From contig JBBIML010000009.1 in assembly GCA_037444405.1 (NCBI GenBank), positions 96,001 through 160,000 of the forward strand: a DNA stretch of 64,000 nt, read 5' to 3'. Origin of the DNA: Armatimonadota bacterium (GTDB lineage: Bacteria > Armatimonadota > Fimbriimonadia > Fimbriimonadales > GBS-DC). Both the position numbers and the translations under genes were made by a program. This document shows positions 18,280 to 27,438 of the stretch, in pieces (position 1 is the first letter of the stretch; each line of letters starts with the position of its first letter). Below the pieces are notes generated by a model. That model was not told where the DNA came from. It did no database searches and saw only the letters and a list, made by a program, of their open reading frames with translations.

Positions 18280-20349
18280 ATGAGATACAGCGCAGTAGCA
18301 GTGGGGCTTGTGCTGATGAGCGGTAGCATGTGGGCGCAGAGCCTGCATACAACACCGCATGGCGAGGGATTGCGTGGACTCGCTCCTGCAACACGCCCTG
18401 CCACCTCACAAATTCGGTGGCAGAAGCAACTCCCGCGCGGTATTGCGCATGGAAGCATCACCTTCAGCCACGGCGGGCAGTACCTGTACTTCAAGACCTG
18501 GGGCGCCAACCATCAGGGTCAGGTCTGGAAGCTGGACGCGGCAACCGGCGCGACCATTTGGGTCACGAACCAGAGCGTGATTGGCTTCGGCAACTTCTCG
18601 TATAGCGGTGTTACCATCGACGAGGCAGCAGGGCGCGTCTACACTACGGGGCGTGCCTCCTCTCAGCCAGCGGGTGAATCGATCATCGCGGCGCTGGACA
18701 TCAACACGGGCGCGCCCATCTGGGTGAAGCGTGCCAGCGAGCTGGGATTGGCAGGCAGTGATTTCGGGCGCGGCAATGTATTGCTCAGCCCCGACCGAAC
18801 CCGTCTCTATGTGCGCGACAACTCCGACCCTGCTAAAATCGTGGCGTTAAACGCGGCTAACGGCAACCTGATCTGGGTCTATAACTCGCCTTTCGCCTCG
18901 GGCGTGCCGTTCCAGACGCTGGGACCCGTGTGGACGGACCCTGTAAGCAATCGCACGCGGATCGCCTTCGTGAACAACGCGACAGTCGGCTCAGCGGCGG
19001 TGATCGAAGACACAGGCACCTCCGCGCAGCTGGTCTGGTCCCGCGATATTGCGCTCGGACTCAACTATCATTGGTGGGGTAACGCCGTTGCCAGCCTCGA
19101 CTGGCAGACTCTTTACATCACCTCGTTCTCCGATGCGGGCAACCCTGTGCTGACCGCGCTTCGTGCGTCGGACGGCACTATTCTGTGGCAGATATTCTCC
19201 GACGCCTTCAACGGGATGAACCAGTACCAGAACCCCGCGATTGGCGGCGATGGCACCATCTATAGCGGCGGGCGCGTGGTGGTTCCGCCGCCCATTATGG
19301 TCGGTCCCGCAGCCACAGGGGCGCCCGGCGACTTCTGGAACTCGGTGGTGGGCAGCGATAGCCTGCCGCGTCCCTGGAGTCTGCAGAACCTGCGCGCCCA
19401 TGACGATTCGGCAACCACCATCGATATTGCCGTGATCGACTTCGCCGAGGCGTCCACTTACCCACCCTCCGATGGCGACGACCTGATGCGCGACTATCAC
19501 TATATCGGCGCGCTGGGCTACAACGGACCCGCCTATATCAACCTGACGGAGGTACCCGCGGGCACTTACGACCTCTACCTCTACTCCTTCACCCCGATTG
19601 CAACCGATCAGAACGCCGTGTTCACGGTTGGCGGTGTGACCCAGACGGTGAGCCAATCCATCCCGTTCACCGGCTATCAGGAGGGTGTCAACTATGTGGT
19701 GTATCGGGGTATCTCGCCCGATACCAGTGGCACCATCTCCATTCGGGTGGAGATCGACTTCCTGAACACTTATGCGGTGGTGAACGGGTTGCAACTGGTC
19801 GGCATAACGGGTCCGCTGGCGGGTAAGCGTGTGAATGTGGACCTGAACCAGCATGGGGTGATCGGGGGCGGCATCACGGCAATCCGTCCTGATGGCACCA
19901 TCCGCTGGCAGTTCAAACCGCCTGGCAGCGGCGAGTTCAGCGGCTGGCCGGTGGTCACCTGCGGGCGCGTGCTGTACGCCGCCGATCAGGTGGACTTTGC
20001 CACCACCTATCTCTACGCGGTGCGCGATAACGGTCCGAACGCGACCATGCTCTGGCGCTTCCAGCTGCCCTACAACTACTTTGGCAATGTTTCGCCATCG
20101 GTAGGGGCGGATGGCACGGTCTATGTGGCGGCGGTGCGCGACAACGAGGACCCGCAAACCCTCTATGCCTTCGCGCCTGCGCCTGCGGGCGACATTAACG
20201 CCGACGGCTGTGTGGACGACGCCGACCTGCTATCGGTGCTGTTCGCCTTCGGGCAGACAGGCTGTCTCCCGGAGGATGTTAACGCCGACGGCACGGTGGA
20301 CGATGCCGACCTGTTAACTGTGCTGTTCGCGTTCGGCACAGGTTGCTGA
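18280..20349 (+). CDS. Secreted PQQ-like beta-propeller with inserted beta-sandwich domain and dockerin-like tag
   Basis: Signal peptide; ALdxxTG.xxW blades; insert ~19276-19860; tag at 20188-20349. Confidence 0.82.
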   Translation: MRYSAVAVGLVLMSGSMWAQSLHTTPHGEGLRGLAPATRPATSQIRWQKQLPRGIAHGSITFSHGGQYLYFKTWGANHQGQVWKLDAATGATIWVTNQSVIGFGNFSYSGVTIDEAAGRVYTTGRASSQPAGESIIAALDINTGAPIWVKRASELGLAGSDFGRGNVLLSPDRTRLYVRDNSDPAKIVALNAANGNLIWVYNSPFASGVPFQTLGPVWTDPVSNRTRIAFVNNATVGSAAVIEDTGTSAQLVWSRDIALGLNYHWWGNAVASLDWQTLYITSFSDAGNPVLTALRASDGTILWQIFSDAFNGMNQYQNPAIGGDGTIYSGGRVVVPPPIMVGPAATGAPGDFWNSVVGSDSLPRPWSLQNLRAHDDSATTIDIAVIDFAEASTYPPSDGDDLMRDYHYIGALGYNGPAYINLTEVPAGTYDLYLYSFTPIATDQNAVFTVGGVTQTVSQSIPFTGYQEGVNYVVYRGISPDTSGTISIRVEIDFLNTYAVVNGLQLVGITGPLAGKRVNVDLNQHGVIGGGITAIRPDGTIRWQFKPPGSGEFSGWPVVTCGRVLYAADQVDFATTYLYAVRDNGPNATMLWRFQLPYNYFGNVSPSVGADGTVYVAAVRDNEDPQTLYAFAPAPAGDINADGCVDDADLLSVLFAFGQTGCLPEDVNADGTVDDADLLTVLFAFGTGC

Positions 20350-20355
20350 AGCGAT

Positions 20356-20390
20356 GGGTTGTGCCGCTCACACGCGGCACAACCCCTTTC
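20356..20390 (+). terminator. Intrinsic terminator
   Basis: GGGTTGTGCCGC-6nt-GCGGCACAACCC followed by CTTT. Confidence 0.7.
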
Positions 20391-20392
20391 AG

Positions 20393-20420
20393 GCAGGAAA
20401 CCGCTCGGTGTTAGGTGAAT
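20393..20420 (+). promoter_or_regulatory. SigH-like promoter (GCAGGA-N18-GAAT)
   Basis: Motif match immediately after the terminator and before ATG 20441. Confidence 0.5.
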
Positions 20421-20440
20421 CTCTATTGGGGTGAATCGTT

Positions 20441-21996
20441 ATGGCAATCAACAGGCGTTCTGAATGGCTGTCTGTGCTGGTGCTGATTCTGTATGGAATT
20501 GGGCACGGTCAGGAGCCGCCCGTGAATATGCATATGCGGGCGCACTGGACCTCCTCGGTGCCCTGTGCCGATGTGTGGGGCGACGGACACTTCCTGTTCG
20601 GCGCCCATTACCAGCGTTGGGGCGGACCTGCGCAGGTCACCATCCTGGACATTCTCAATCCCGACGCGCCTGTGCTGGCGAGCATCTATTTCATCCCGCC
20701 ACCGGGCGATCAATCGGGTCCGGAGGATGTGCAGGCGAGCAACGGGCTGCTGTTCACAGGCAACGAAACGGTCGCCAGCGGTTCCGACGGCGCCTTCGTT
20801 GCCGATGTGCGGGACCCGTACAACCCGCGCTATCTGGGCAACATTAATGTGCCCAACTTTCGGCGGGTGCATACCCTTTCGTACGATCCCGACTCGCGCT
20901 TTCTCTATCTGGCGAACAGCCGCCGCCCGGAGTTTGCGGTGATTGACCTGCGCTGGCTCACGCCTGACGCCGCGCCGTTCGGCACCATCACCACACCCAC
21001 ATGGCATGTGCAGAATGTGGGTTCCAGCTTTGTGCATGAGGTGTACGCCCGCAACGGTCGCCTCTATGCGTCGGCATGGGACAGCGGCGTGTGGGTCTAC
21101 GATGTGAGCAATGTGGCGCTCAGCCGCCGCGCCTGCTCGGCTCGGCGCCAGGCAACTCCACCCACTCCGCTGTGCCGTCCGAAGATGGGCGATTCATCGT
21201 GACGGCAGAAGAGTTCACTGGCGGCGGCATCAAGCTCTATGAAGCGATCCCGAACAGCAGTGGTGGGCTGGACATCGTGTTGCGGGATAGCTTCGCCCTG
21301 CCCACCTCGCGCGCCACCTGTGCCCACCAGCCCTTCGTCAAGGGCAATCGCGTCTATGTCTCGTGGTACGAGGCGGGCGTGCAGGTGTTCGAAATCAACC
21401 CTGACACGAAACACCTCGAGTGGGTCGCCAGCTTCGACACCTCGCCCTATACGGGCGCAACGGGCTACAACGGCTGCTGGTCGGTCTATCCCTATCTGGG
21501 CGATGACCGTATTCTGGCGGGCGATATTCAGACGGGCTTCTGGATACTGGCGCTGGAGGTGCCCGTGCTGGAGGGCACAGTGCAGGTCGCTGGCTTGCCC
21601 CAGATCCCGCAGGGGTTCAGCTTCCGCGTGGAGTTCCGCCGCCCGTCGGATGGGCAGACGGTTGCGACCTATACCGCCACACCCAATTCAGGTGGGCAGT
21701 ACCGCATCGAGGATGTGCGGCGCGGCACCTACAATCTGGTGGTGTCGGCGCCTGGCATGCTGTGCGCGCGTGCCCAGAACCTCAGCTTCGCCTACGGGCA
21801 GACCACCACGCTGAATCTCACGCTGCGGGCGGGCGATGTGAACGGCGATGGGCGCATCGACGATGCCGACCTGCTGGAGGTGCTGTTCGCCTTCGGGCAG
21901 AACGGCTCGAATCTGCCTGCTGATCTGAATGGAGACGGCGTGGTGGACGATACGGACCTGCTCGCGGTGCTGTTCAACTTCGGCGCTCAGTGCTGA
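20441..21996 (+). pseudogene. Secreted LVIVD-repeat propeller + prealbumin-like domain + dockerin-like tag, frameshifted at ~21119
   Basis: DVWG, VTILDILNPDAP, VHEVY and AWDSG in frame 1 continue as THSAVPSEDG, SWYEAGV and GCWSVYP in the next frame; tag at 21832-21996. May be an assembly indel. Confidence 0.78.
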
Positions 21997-23255
21997 AGGA
22001 GGGCTTTGAGCAGGTCGTGCTGGGCGAGGGTGCGCTGTTCGTGGGTTTGTAAATCGCGCAGGGTGACGGTCTCCGTCGCGAGTTCGGCGTCGCCCAGGAT
22101 CAGCGCGTAGCGGGCGCCGGAGCGGTCGGCAAGGCGCATCTGGGCTTTGAGGCTGCGCCCTTCAAGGTCTAAATCGGTGGCGATGCCGGCAAGGCGCAGC
22201 TGCTGCGCAAGTTGCAGGGCGGCGGGGCGCGCCGAATCGCCCACCGCGATCACGAACGCCAGCGGTCGGGGCGCTTCTGGTAAGGGCGTGCCCAGCGCCT
22301 GCAGCACCATCAGCGTGCGCTCGATGCCGATGCCAACGCCCAGCGCAGGCGTCGGCGGTCCGCCACACTCCTCCACCAGCCCGTCGTAGCGCCCGCCGCC
22401 GCACAGCGCGTTCTGCGCTCCCAGCCCCTGCGCCTGCACCTCAAAAGTGGTACGCGTGTAATAGTCGAATCCGCGCACCAGCCGGTGGTCGCGCACAAAG
22501 GGCACATCGAGCCGCTTGAGCAGCGTCTGCAGCTCCTCGAAATGCGCGCGGCACTCCTCACACAGGTAGGGGTCGATCGTGGGCGCGTTCGCCAGCACCT
22601 TCTGGCACGCTGGCTCCTTGCAGTCCAGCACGCGCAGGGGATTGCGCTCCACGCGCTCCTGGCAGGCGCGGCAAAGCTGCGCCAGATGCGCCTGCCCAAA
22701 CGCCTGAACCGCATCGCGATAGGCAGGTCGGCACTTCGGACAGCCAATCGTGTTGAGGTGCAGCTCGATGCGCTCGTCGGGGATGCCCAGCGCGTGGAAG
22801 AAGTGCATCACCATCGCGAGCAGTTCGGCGTCCGCCATCGGCGCGGCGGCGCCCAGTATCTCCGCGCCAAACTGATGCGCCTGCCGATAGCGACCTTTTT
22901 GCGGGCGCTCGTAGCGGAAGATCGGCGTGATGTAGAACAGTCGCACCACGCCCCCTGTGGCGTGCAGGTTATGCTCCAGATAGGCGCGCACGACGGGCGC
23001 GGTGCCCTCCGGCTTGAGCGTCAGGCTGCGCCCTGCCCGATCCCTGAAAGTGTACATCTCTTTGGAGACAATATCGGTGACCTCGCCGATGCTGCGAATG
23101 AACAGCTCGGTCTCTTCGAAGAGGGGCGTGCGAATCTCGCGATAGCCGTAGCGCGTGCAGATCTCGCGCCACTGGCTCTCCAGATAGAGCCACAGGTGGC
23201 TCGTGTCGGGCAGGATGTCCTGCGTGCCACGCGGTGCCGAGTATCGTATTGCCAT
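21987..23255 (-). CDS. hisS: Histidine--tRNA ligase
   Basis: PRGTQD, KEMYTF, LKPEGTA, FRYERPQKGRYRQ, LVRGFDYY, GGGRYDGL. Confidence 0.98.
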   Translation of the reverse strand: MAIRYSAPRGTQDILPDTSHLWLYLESQWREICTRYGYREIRTPLFEETELFIRSIGEVTDIVSKEMYTFRDRAGRSLTLKPEGTAPVVRAYLEHNLHATGGVVRLFYITPIFRYERPQKGRYRQAHQFGAEILGAAAPMADAELLAMVMHFFHALGIPDERIELHLNTIGCPKCRPAYRDAVQAFGQAHLAQLCRACQERVERNPLRVLDCKEPACQKVLANAPTIDPYLCEECRAHFEELQTLLKRLDVPFVRDHRLVRGFDYYTRTTFEVQAQGLGAQNALCGGGRYDGLVEECGGPPTPALGVGIGIERTLMVLQALGTPLPEAPRPLAFVIAVGDSARPAALQLAQQLRLAGIATDLDLEGRSLKAQMRLADRSGARYALILGDAELATETVTLRDLQTHEQRTLAQHDLLKALLQH

Positions 23256-23261
23256 TTTTTG

Positions 23262-23414
23262 CCCTGACCCCCTGCCCCTCTCCCACGCTGTGGAGAGGGG
23301 TGATCGGGGGGTATTTTTACCCCTCACCCATACCCTCTCCCCAGAGGGGTGAGGGATAATCTGTTTTTTGTTTTTTTACCCCTCACCCGTATCCTCTCCC
23401 CAGAGGGGAGAGGG
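23262..23414. repeat. Cluster of three CCCTCACCC-N4-CCCTCTCCC...GGAGAGGG REP-like units
   Basis: Units at 23262-23300, 23320-23355 and 23379-23414. Confidence 0.85.
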
Positions 23415-23420
23415 TTTTTC

Positions 23421-24569
23421 TTATTCGGTGGAGAGTTTCGGCTCGAAGCGTTCGCCGAGATACGCCTGGATTTCGGGACTGTTGAGCGTGCTGATCAGTG
23501 CGCCTGTCCCGCGTGCCGTGTGAATCTTGCCCTGATACACCACGATGAAGCTGGGCGTGGAGTCCACTCCCAGTTCCGAGCCTTCCGAAAGGTCACGAAA
23601 GATTTTTCTGAAATAGATATTTTCGTTTTGCATCGCCTGCGCCACTTTCTGGCTGTCCAGCCCCAGCCGCTTGGCAATCTGCTCGATGTTTCCGGGTGTC
23701 ATCTCCTGCTGGTTCTGGAACAGGGCATGGTACATCTCCCAGAACTTGCCCTGTGCGCCCGCCTCTTCCGCTGCGGACGCCGCTATCCATGCCATCGGGT
23801 GGATATTGGTGAGCGGGTAGTGGCGGAAGATGAACAGCACCCTGTCGCCATACTTCGGCAGGAACTGCTTCTCCAGAATGTCGTAGGCTTGCTTGCAGGC
23901 AGGGCACTGGAAGTCGGAGAACTCCACAATAATCAGGGGCGCGTTCGGGTTGCCCATTCGCCAGCCCTGCCCATCCAGATAGAGCTTTTTGAGCCGTATC
24001 TGATCGGCGTCGACAACGGTGGGCTTGTTGGCGCGCGTCCACTGCCATGCGCCAAATGCAACGCCTGCCACCATTAGTAGCAGGGTCATCATGATAGCTT
24101 TGAGCAGTTCGCGCCCCCAGCCTGCGTCCTCGGTGGGCACAGTGCGCAGCCCCAGCAACGATAGCAGCCACACGAGCAGATTCGAACCCGCCGCGCCTAA
24201 ACACCACCAGCAGGGGCTGCCCTTCGCATACAGCTCCAGCACCACCAGCTGCAAATAGGTCAGATAAGCAAAAGCGAGCGTCCCCAGCGTGCTGAACGCC
24301 GCGAGCAAACGCGCGTAGAGCGACCACTGCTCCGGATATTGCAGGCGCGACAGCGTTAGCAGCACCAGCAGCCCAAAGTAGAAGAAGCCGTACGCTGCCG
24401 TCGGAATCCCCAAAAAGCGGGCATAGGGCGAGCGCGCCACCACATCACAGCCCGTGCCCGTGCAGGGCAGCGCATAGCCCGTCGAATGCGATACCCATAA
24501 CAGCCCCGCAATCACCATGCCCAGCCCGGCAAACAGCAGAATCAGCCGATTAATCAGAACCGCTCTCAT
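23421..24569 (-). CDS. VKOR-family membrane disulfide oxidase fused to a DsbA-like thioredoxin domain
   Basis: LPCTGTGCDVV..SPY and CWWC in the TM region; EFSDFQCPAC, FRHYPL, QGKFWEM, GVDSTPSF. Confidence 0.9.
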   Translation of the reverse strand: MRAVLINRLILLFAGLGMVIAGLLWVSHSTGYALPCTGTGCDVVARSPYARFLGIPTAAYGFFYFGLLVLLTLSRLQYPEQWSLYARLLAAFSTLGTLAFAYLTYLQLVVLELYAKGSPCWWCLGAAGSNLLVWLLSLLGLRTVPTEDAGWGRELLKAIMMTLLLMVAGVAFGAWQWTRANKPTVVDADQIRLKKLYLDGQGWRMGNPNAPLIIVEFSDFQCPACKQAYDILEKQFLPKYGDRVLFIFRHYPLTNIHPMAWIAASAAEEAGAQGKFWEMYHALFQNQQEMTPGNIEQIAKRLGLDSQKVAQAMQNENIYFRKIFRDLSEGSELGVDSTPSFIVVYQGKIHTARGTGALISTLNSPEIQAYLGERFEPKLSTE

Positions 24570-24630
24570 CCACGCATTCCGCCTCCACAGGAAAGTATAC
24601 CCGTAGCAACGGCTCCAGCCATGAAATCGA

Positions 24631-24657
24631 GCAGGAACAGGACGCGGCGAGGCGAAC
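24631..24657 (+). promoter_or_regulatory. SigH-like promoter (GCAGGA-N17-GAAC)
   Basis: Direct motif match before ATG 24671. Confidence 0.55.
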
Positions 24658-24670
24658 TTTGCAGGGTGCT

Positions 24671-25978
24671 ATGGAAGCGCATCGGACGACGCGGCGAGAG
24701 TTTCTGAAGCAAACGCTGACAGCAGGCATGGGGCTACTCTTTCTCAAGAGCGGCTTCGGCAGGGGTCAATCGCCCAACGACAAGCTCAATATCGCAATTA
24801 TCGGCACAGGCGGACGCGGCTGGGACAATCTGCAGGCGGTCAGCAGCGAGAACATCGTTGCCCTCTGCGATGTGGACCTGGAGCGACTTGCGCCTGCCGC
24901 CCAGCTATTCCCGAAGGCTCGCCTCTATGTCGATTACCGTCGCCTGTTCGACACGGCGCGCGATATCGACGCGGTGGTCATCAGCACGCCCGATCATTCG
25001 CACGCGCTCCCTACCCTGATCGCGCTCCAGCTGGGCAAGCATGTCTATTGCGAAAAGCCGCTGGTGCATTCGGTGTGGGAGGCGCGAATGGTGCGCGAGG
25101 CGGCGCGGCGCGCGAGGGTCGCCACCCAGATGGGCAATCAGGCGCACGCTTCGGACAACCTGCGGCAGGCGGTAGAGATTGTGCGCTCCGGCGTGATCGG
25201 CGCGATTCGCGAGGTTCACTGCTGGACCGACCGCCCTATCTGGCCGCAGGGCATCGACCGCCCGACCGACACGCCACCTGTGCCCAGCACGCTCTTCTGG
25301 GATTTGTGGCTGGGTCCTGCGCCTGCACGACCCTACCATCCCGCGTATCATCCGTTCGCGTGGCGCGGCTGGTGGGACTTCGGCACGGGCGCGCTCGGCG
25401 ATATGGGCTGCCATATCATCGACACGGCGTACTGGGCGCTGGAGCTGGGGCTGCCCGTGAGTGTGGAGGCGGAGGGCGAGCCGCGCCATCCCGAATCGGG
25501 ACCCCGATGGAGCATCGTGCGCTACGAGTTCCCTGCCCGCAAAGGGATGCCACCCGTGCGCCTCATCTGGTACGATGGCGGGCGCAAGCCCAGCAACGCG
25601 CTGGTGGAGGGCAAGCCGCTCGCGCCCAACGGCACCCTCTTCGTGGGCGAGCAGGGCGTGATCTACTTCCCGCACGCCGACCGCTGTTTTCTATTCCCAC
25701 AGGCGAAATTCGCCAGCTTCCAGCCGCCCGCACCCAGCATCCCGCGCGCGCCCGCAGGACACCATGCCGAATGGATTCAGGCGTGCAAGACGGGCAGTCC
25801 CACCTTCAGCAACTTCGAGTACGCCACCATGCTCACCGAAGCGGTGCTGCTGGGGAATGTGGCGTTCCGTGTGGGGCAGAAAATCAGCTATGATGGTCGG
25901 CAGGGTCGCGTGACCAACACGCCGGAAGCCGAGCGGTACATTCGCCCGCCCTACCGCAAAGGCTGGGGCTGGTGGTGA
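24671..25978 (+). CDS. Tat-exported Gfo/Idh/MocA oxidoreductase
   Basis: RREFLK Tat motif; IGTGGRG, STPDH, CEKP, WDLWLGPAP, GALGDMGCH. Confidence 0.93.
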   Translation: MEAHRTTRREFLKQTLTAGMGLLFLKSGFGRGQSPNDKLNIAIIGTGGRGWDNLQAVSSENIVALCDVDLERLAPAAQLFPKARLYVDYRRLFDTARDIDAVVISTPDHSHALPTLIALQLGKHVYCEKPLVHSVWEARMVREAARRARVATQMGNQAHASDNLRQAVEIVRSGVIGAIREVHCWTDRPIWPQGIDRPTDTPPVPSTLFWDLWLGPAPARPYHPAYHPFAWRGWWDFGTGALGDMGCHIIDTAYWALELGLPVSVEAEGEPRHPESGPRWSIVRYEFPARKGMPPVRLIWYDGGRKPSNALVEGKPLAPNGTLFVGEQGVIYFPHADRCFLFPQAKFASFQPPAPSIPRAPAGHHAEWIQACKTGSPTFSNFEYATMLTEAVLLGNVAFRVGQKISYDGRQGRVTNTPEAERYIRPPYRKGWGWW

Positions 25979-26041
25979 GATAACAAAGCAGGGGACAGGT
26001 CGCGCAACCTGCCCCCTTGACGAGCTACACTGCGCTGCGCT

Positions 26042-26899
26042 CTACGGGAAGCACCGCTGCCAGATCAGCACCTGGTCCAGCCAGAGACCGTTCGGGCACA
26101 GATAGCTCAGCCATATCTGCACACAGAAGCCCTGCGGATTGTTGGGGTTGGGTCCGATCTTGATGGCGATGTCGTTGCGCGTACCCGGGATGGGGATTCG
26201 GATCACCCGGTGCGCAGCCGCGGGCAGATTCGCAGCAACAAGTCGCCCCGTGCGTGCATCCAGCAGGTCCGTCAGCCACTCATTTCCACCATCGGGCGAG
26301 CGCATGCGTACCAGGTAGAAGCCCTCAGAGATGGGTTCCCCGGTAGGAGCAAAGCCCTGTGGGAGATACACCGCGCCCACGATCAGCCCCTCCGCGATTT
26401 GCGGCACCTCAAACTGCCAGAAGTCTTCCCGTGTGTTCCATGCCACAAACACATCGAAGAAGGAGTCGGCAGTTGTCGGGCGTGTGCTGGCGAAGGCAGC
26501 CGTGCTACCGTCAAACGGCACGGTGGGTGCGGCCGGGAAGCGTGTCGGGAACGCCTGTGGCAGGCGCGCTCGCAGCAGATGGTTGAGATCGGGCACGGTC
26601 GGTCGTGTCTCGGTGCCGAAGCAGAACAACACAGCCAGCAAGTCGGCATCGTCCACCACGCCATCGCCGTTCACATCTGCCGGGACGCATTCCTGCTGCG
26701 CATGTAGCACAGCGGTCACCACCGTGAAACACAGAGTGATGCTGATCGCCAGCCCCAGCAGGCGACGAATCCAGGGTCGGGACGAACCGCGCGGGTTCAT
26801 CGATGCTTCAACAGATTGATGGCTCTGCGCGGAGCCGTTGCTGCCGTCATGCAGTGCGCCTGAGCGCACATCGGTCCACTCCGTCGTTGTGTAGCGCAT
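26042..26899 (-). CDS. Secreted hypothetical protein with a single N-terminal dockerin-like repeat (start may be 26800)
   Basis: Hydrophobic signal ending LHA, then [34 protein letters not shown] motif; Cys-rich C-terminus. Confidence 0.75.
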   Translation of the reverse strand: MRYTTTEWTDVRSGALHDGSNGSAQSHQSVEASMNPRGSSRPWIRRLLGLAISITLCFTVVTAVLHAQQECVPADVNGDGVVDDADLLAVLFCFGTETRPTVPDLNHLLRARLPQAFPTRFPAAPTVPFDGSTAAFASTRPTTADSFFDVFVAWNTREDFWQFEVPQIAEGLIVGAVYLPQGFAPTGEPISEGFYLVRMRSPDGGNEWLTDLLDARTGRLVAANLPAAAHRVIRIPIPGTRNDIAIKIGPNPNNPQGFCVQIWLSYLCPNGLWLDQVLIWQRCFP

Positions 26900-26940
26900 T
26901 GTTTTGGTGCCTCATGATGCTTAATGCGGCACGACACCCA

Positions 26941-26994
26941 ATTGTACCCGGGATTTTGCGCAAAAAGCAAGTTTTTGGGAATTTTGTGCGAAAA
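26941..26994 (-). promoter_or_regulatory. sigmaA-like promoter TTGCTT-18-TACAAT with palindromic operator-like sites
   Basis: TTTTGCGCAAAA at 26954-26965 lies in the spacer; variant TTTTGTGCGAAAA at 26982-26994. Confidence 0.5.
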
Positions 26995-27438
26995 TCAGGT
27001 TTCTGACTCGCGGATAGCTTGAGAGGCGGTGCGCAGCAGCCCGTTCACGAAGCGTCCCGATTCGGCGGTGCTGTATTTTTTGGCTAACTCCACCGCCTCG
27101 TTCACAATCACGCGGCTGGGCACATTCGGCTTATAGCGCAGCTCGTAAATCGCCATGCGCAGGATGTTGCGGTCAATCACGGGCATGCGGTCGATGGTCC
27201 AGCCGCGCGCGAACTGCTCGATGAGCGGGTCCAGCTCGGTGGCTTGATAGGTCAGCACGCCCTCCACCAGCTCGCGCATGTAGCGGGCGATGCCCGGCTC
27301 CAGCTGGGCGACCTCCAGCACCTCTTCGATGACGGTCTGCGGCTCGCCGCGCCCCACCTCGATCTGATAGAGGGCGCGCAAAGCCCATTCGCGCGCCAGC
27401 CGACGCGGGGAGACCTCACGGGGCGAATCGGCGCTCAT
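26995..27438 (-). CDS. nusB: Transcription antitermination factor NusB
   Basis: RRLAREWALRALYQ, IDRNILRMAIYEL, NEAVELAKKY, FVNGLL. Confidence 0.97.
   Translation of the reverse strand: MSADSPREVSPRRLAREWALRALYQIEVGRGEPQTVIEEVLEVAQLEPGIARYMRELVEGVLTYQATELDPLIEQFARGWTIDRMPVIDRNILRMAIYELRYKPNVPSRVIVNEAVELAKKYSTAESGRFVNGLLRTASQAIRESET

Noticed and set aside
23262..23414. CRISPR array
   Set aside because: Only three degenerate units with low-complexity T-rich spacers, no cas genes, and the same unit is dispersed elsewhere.
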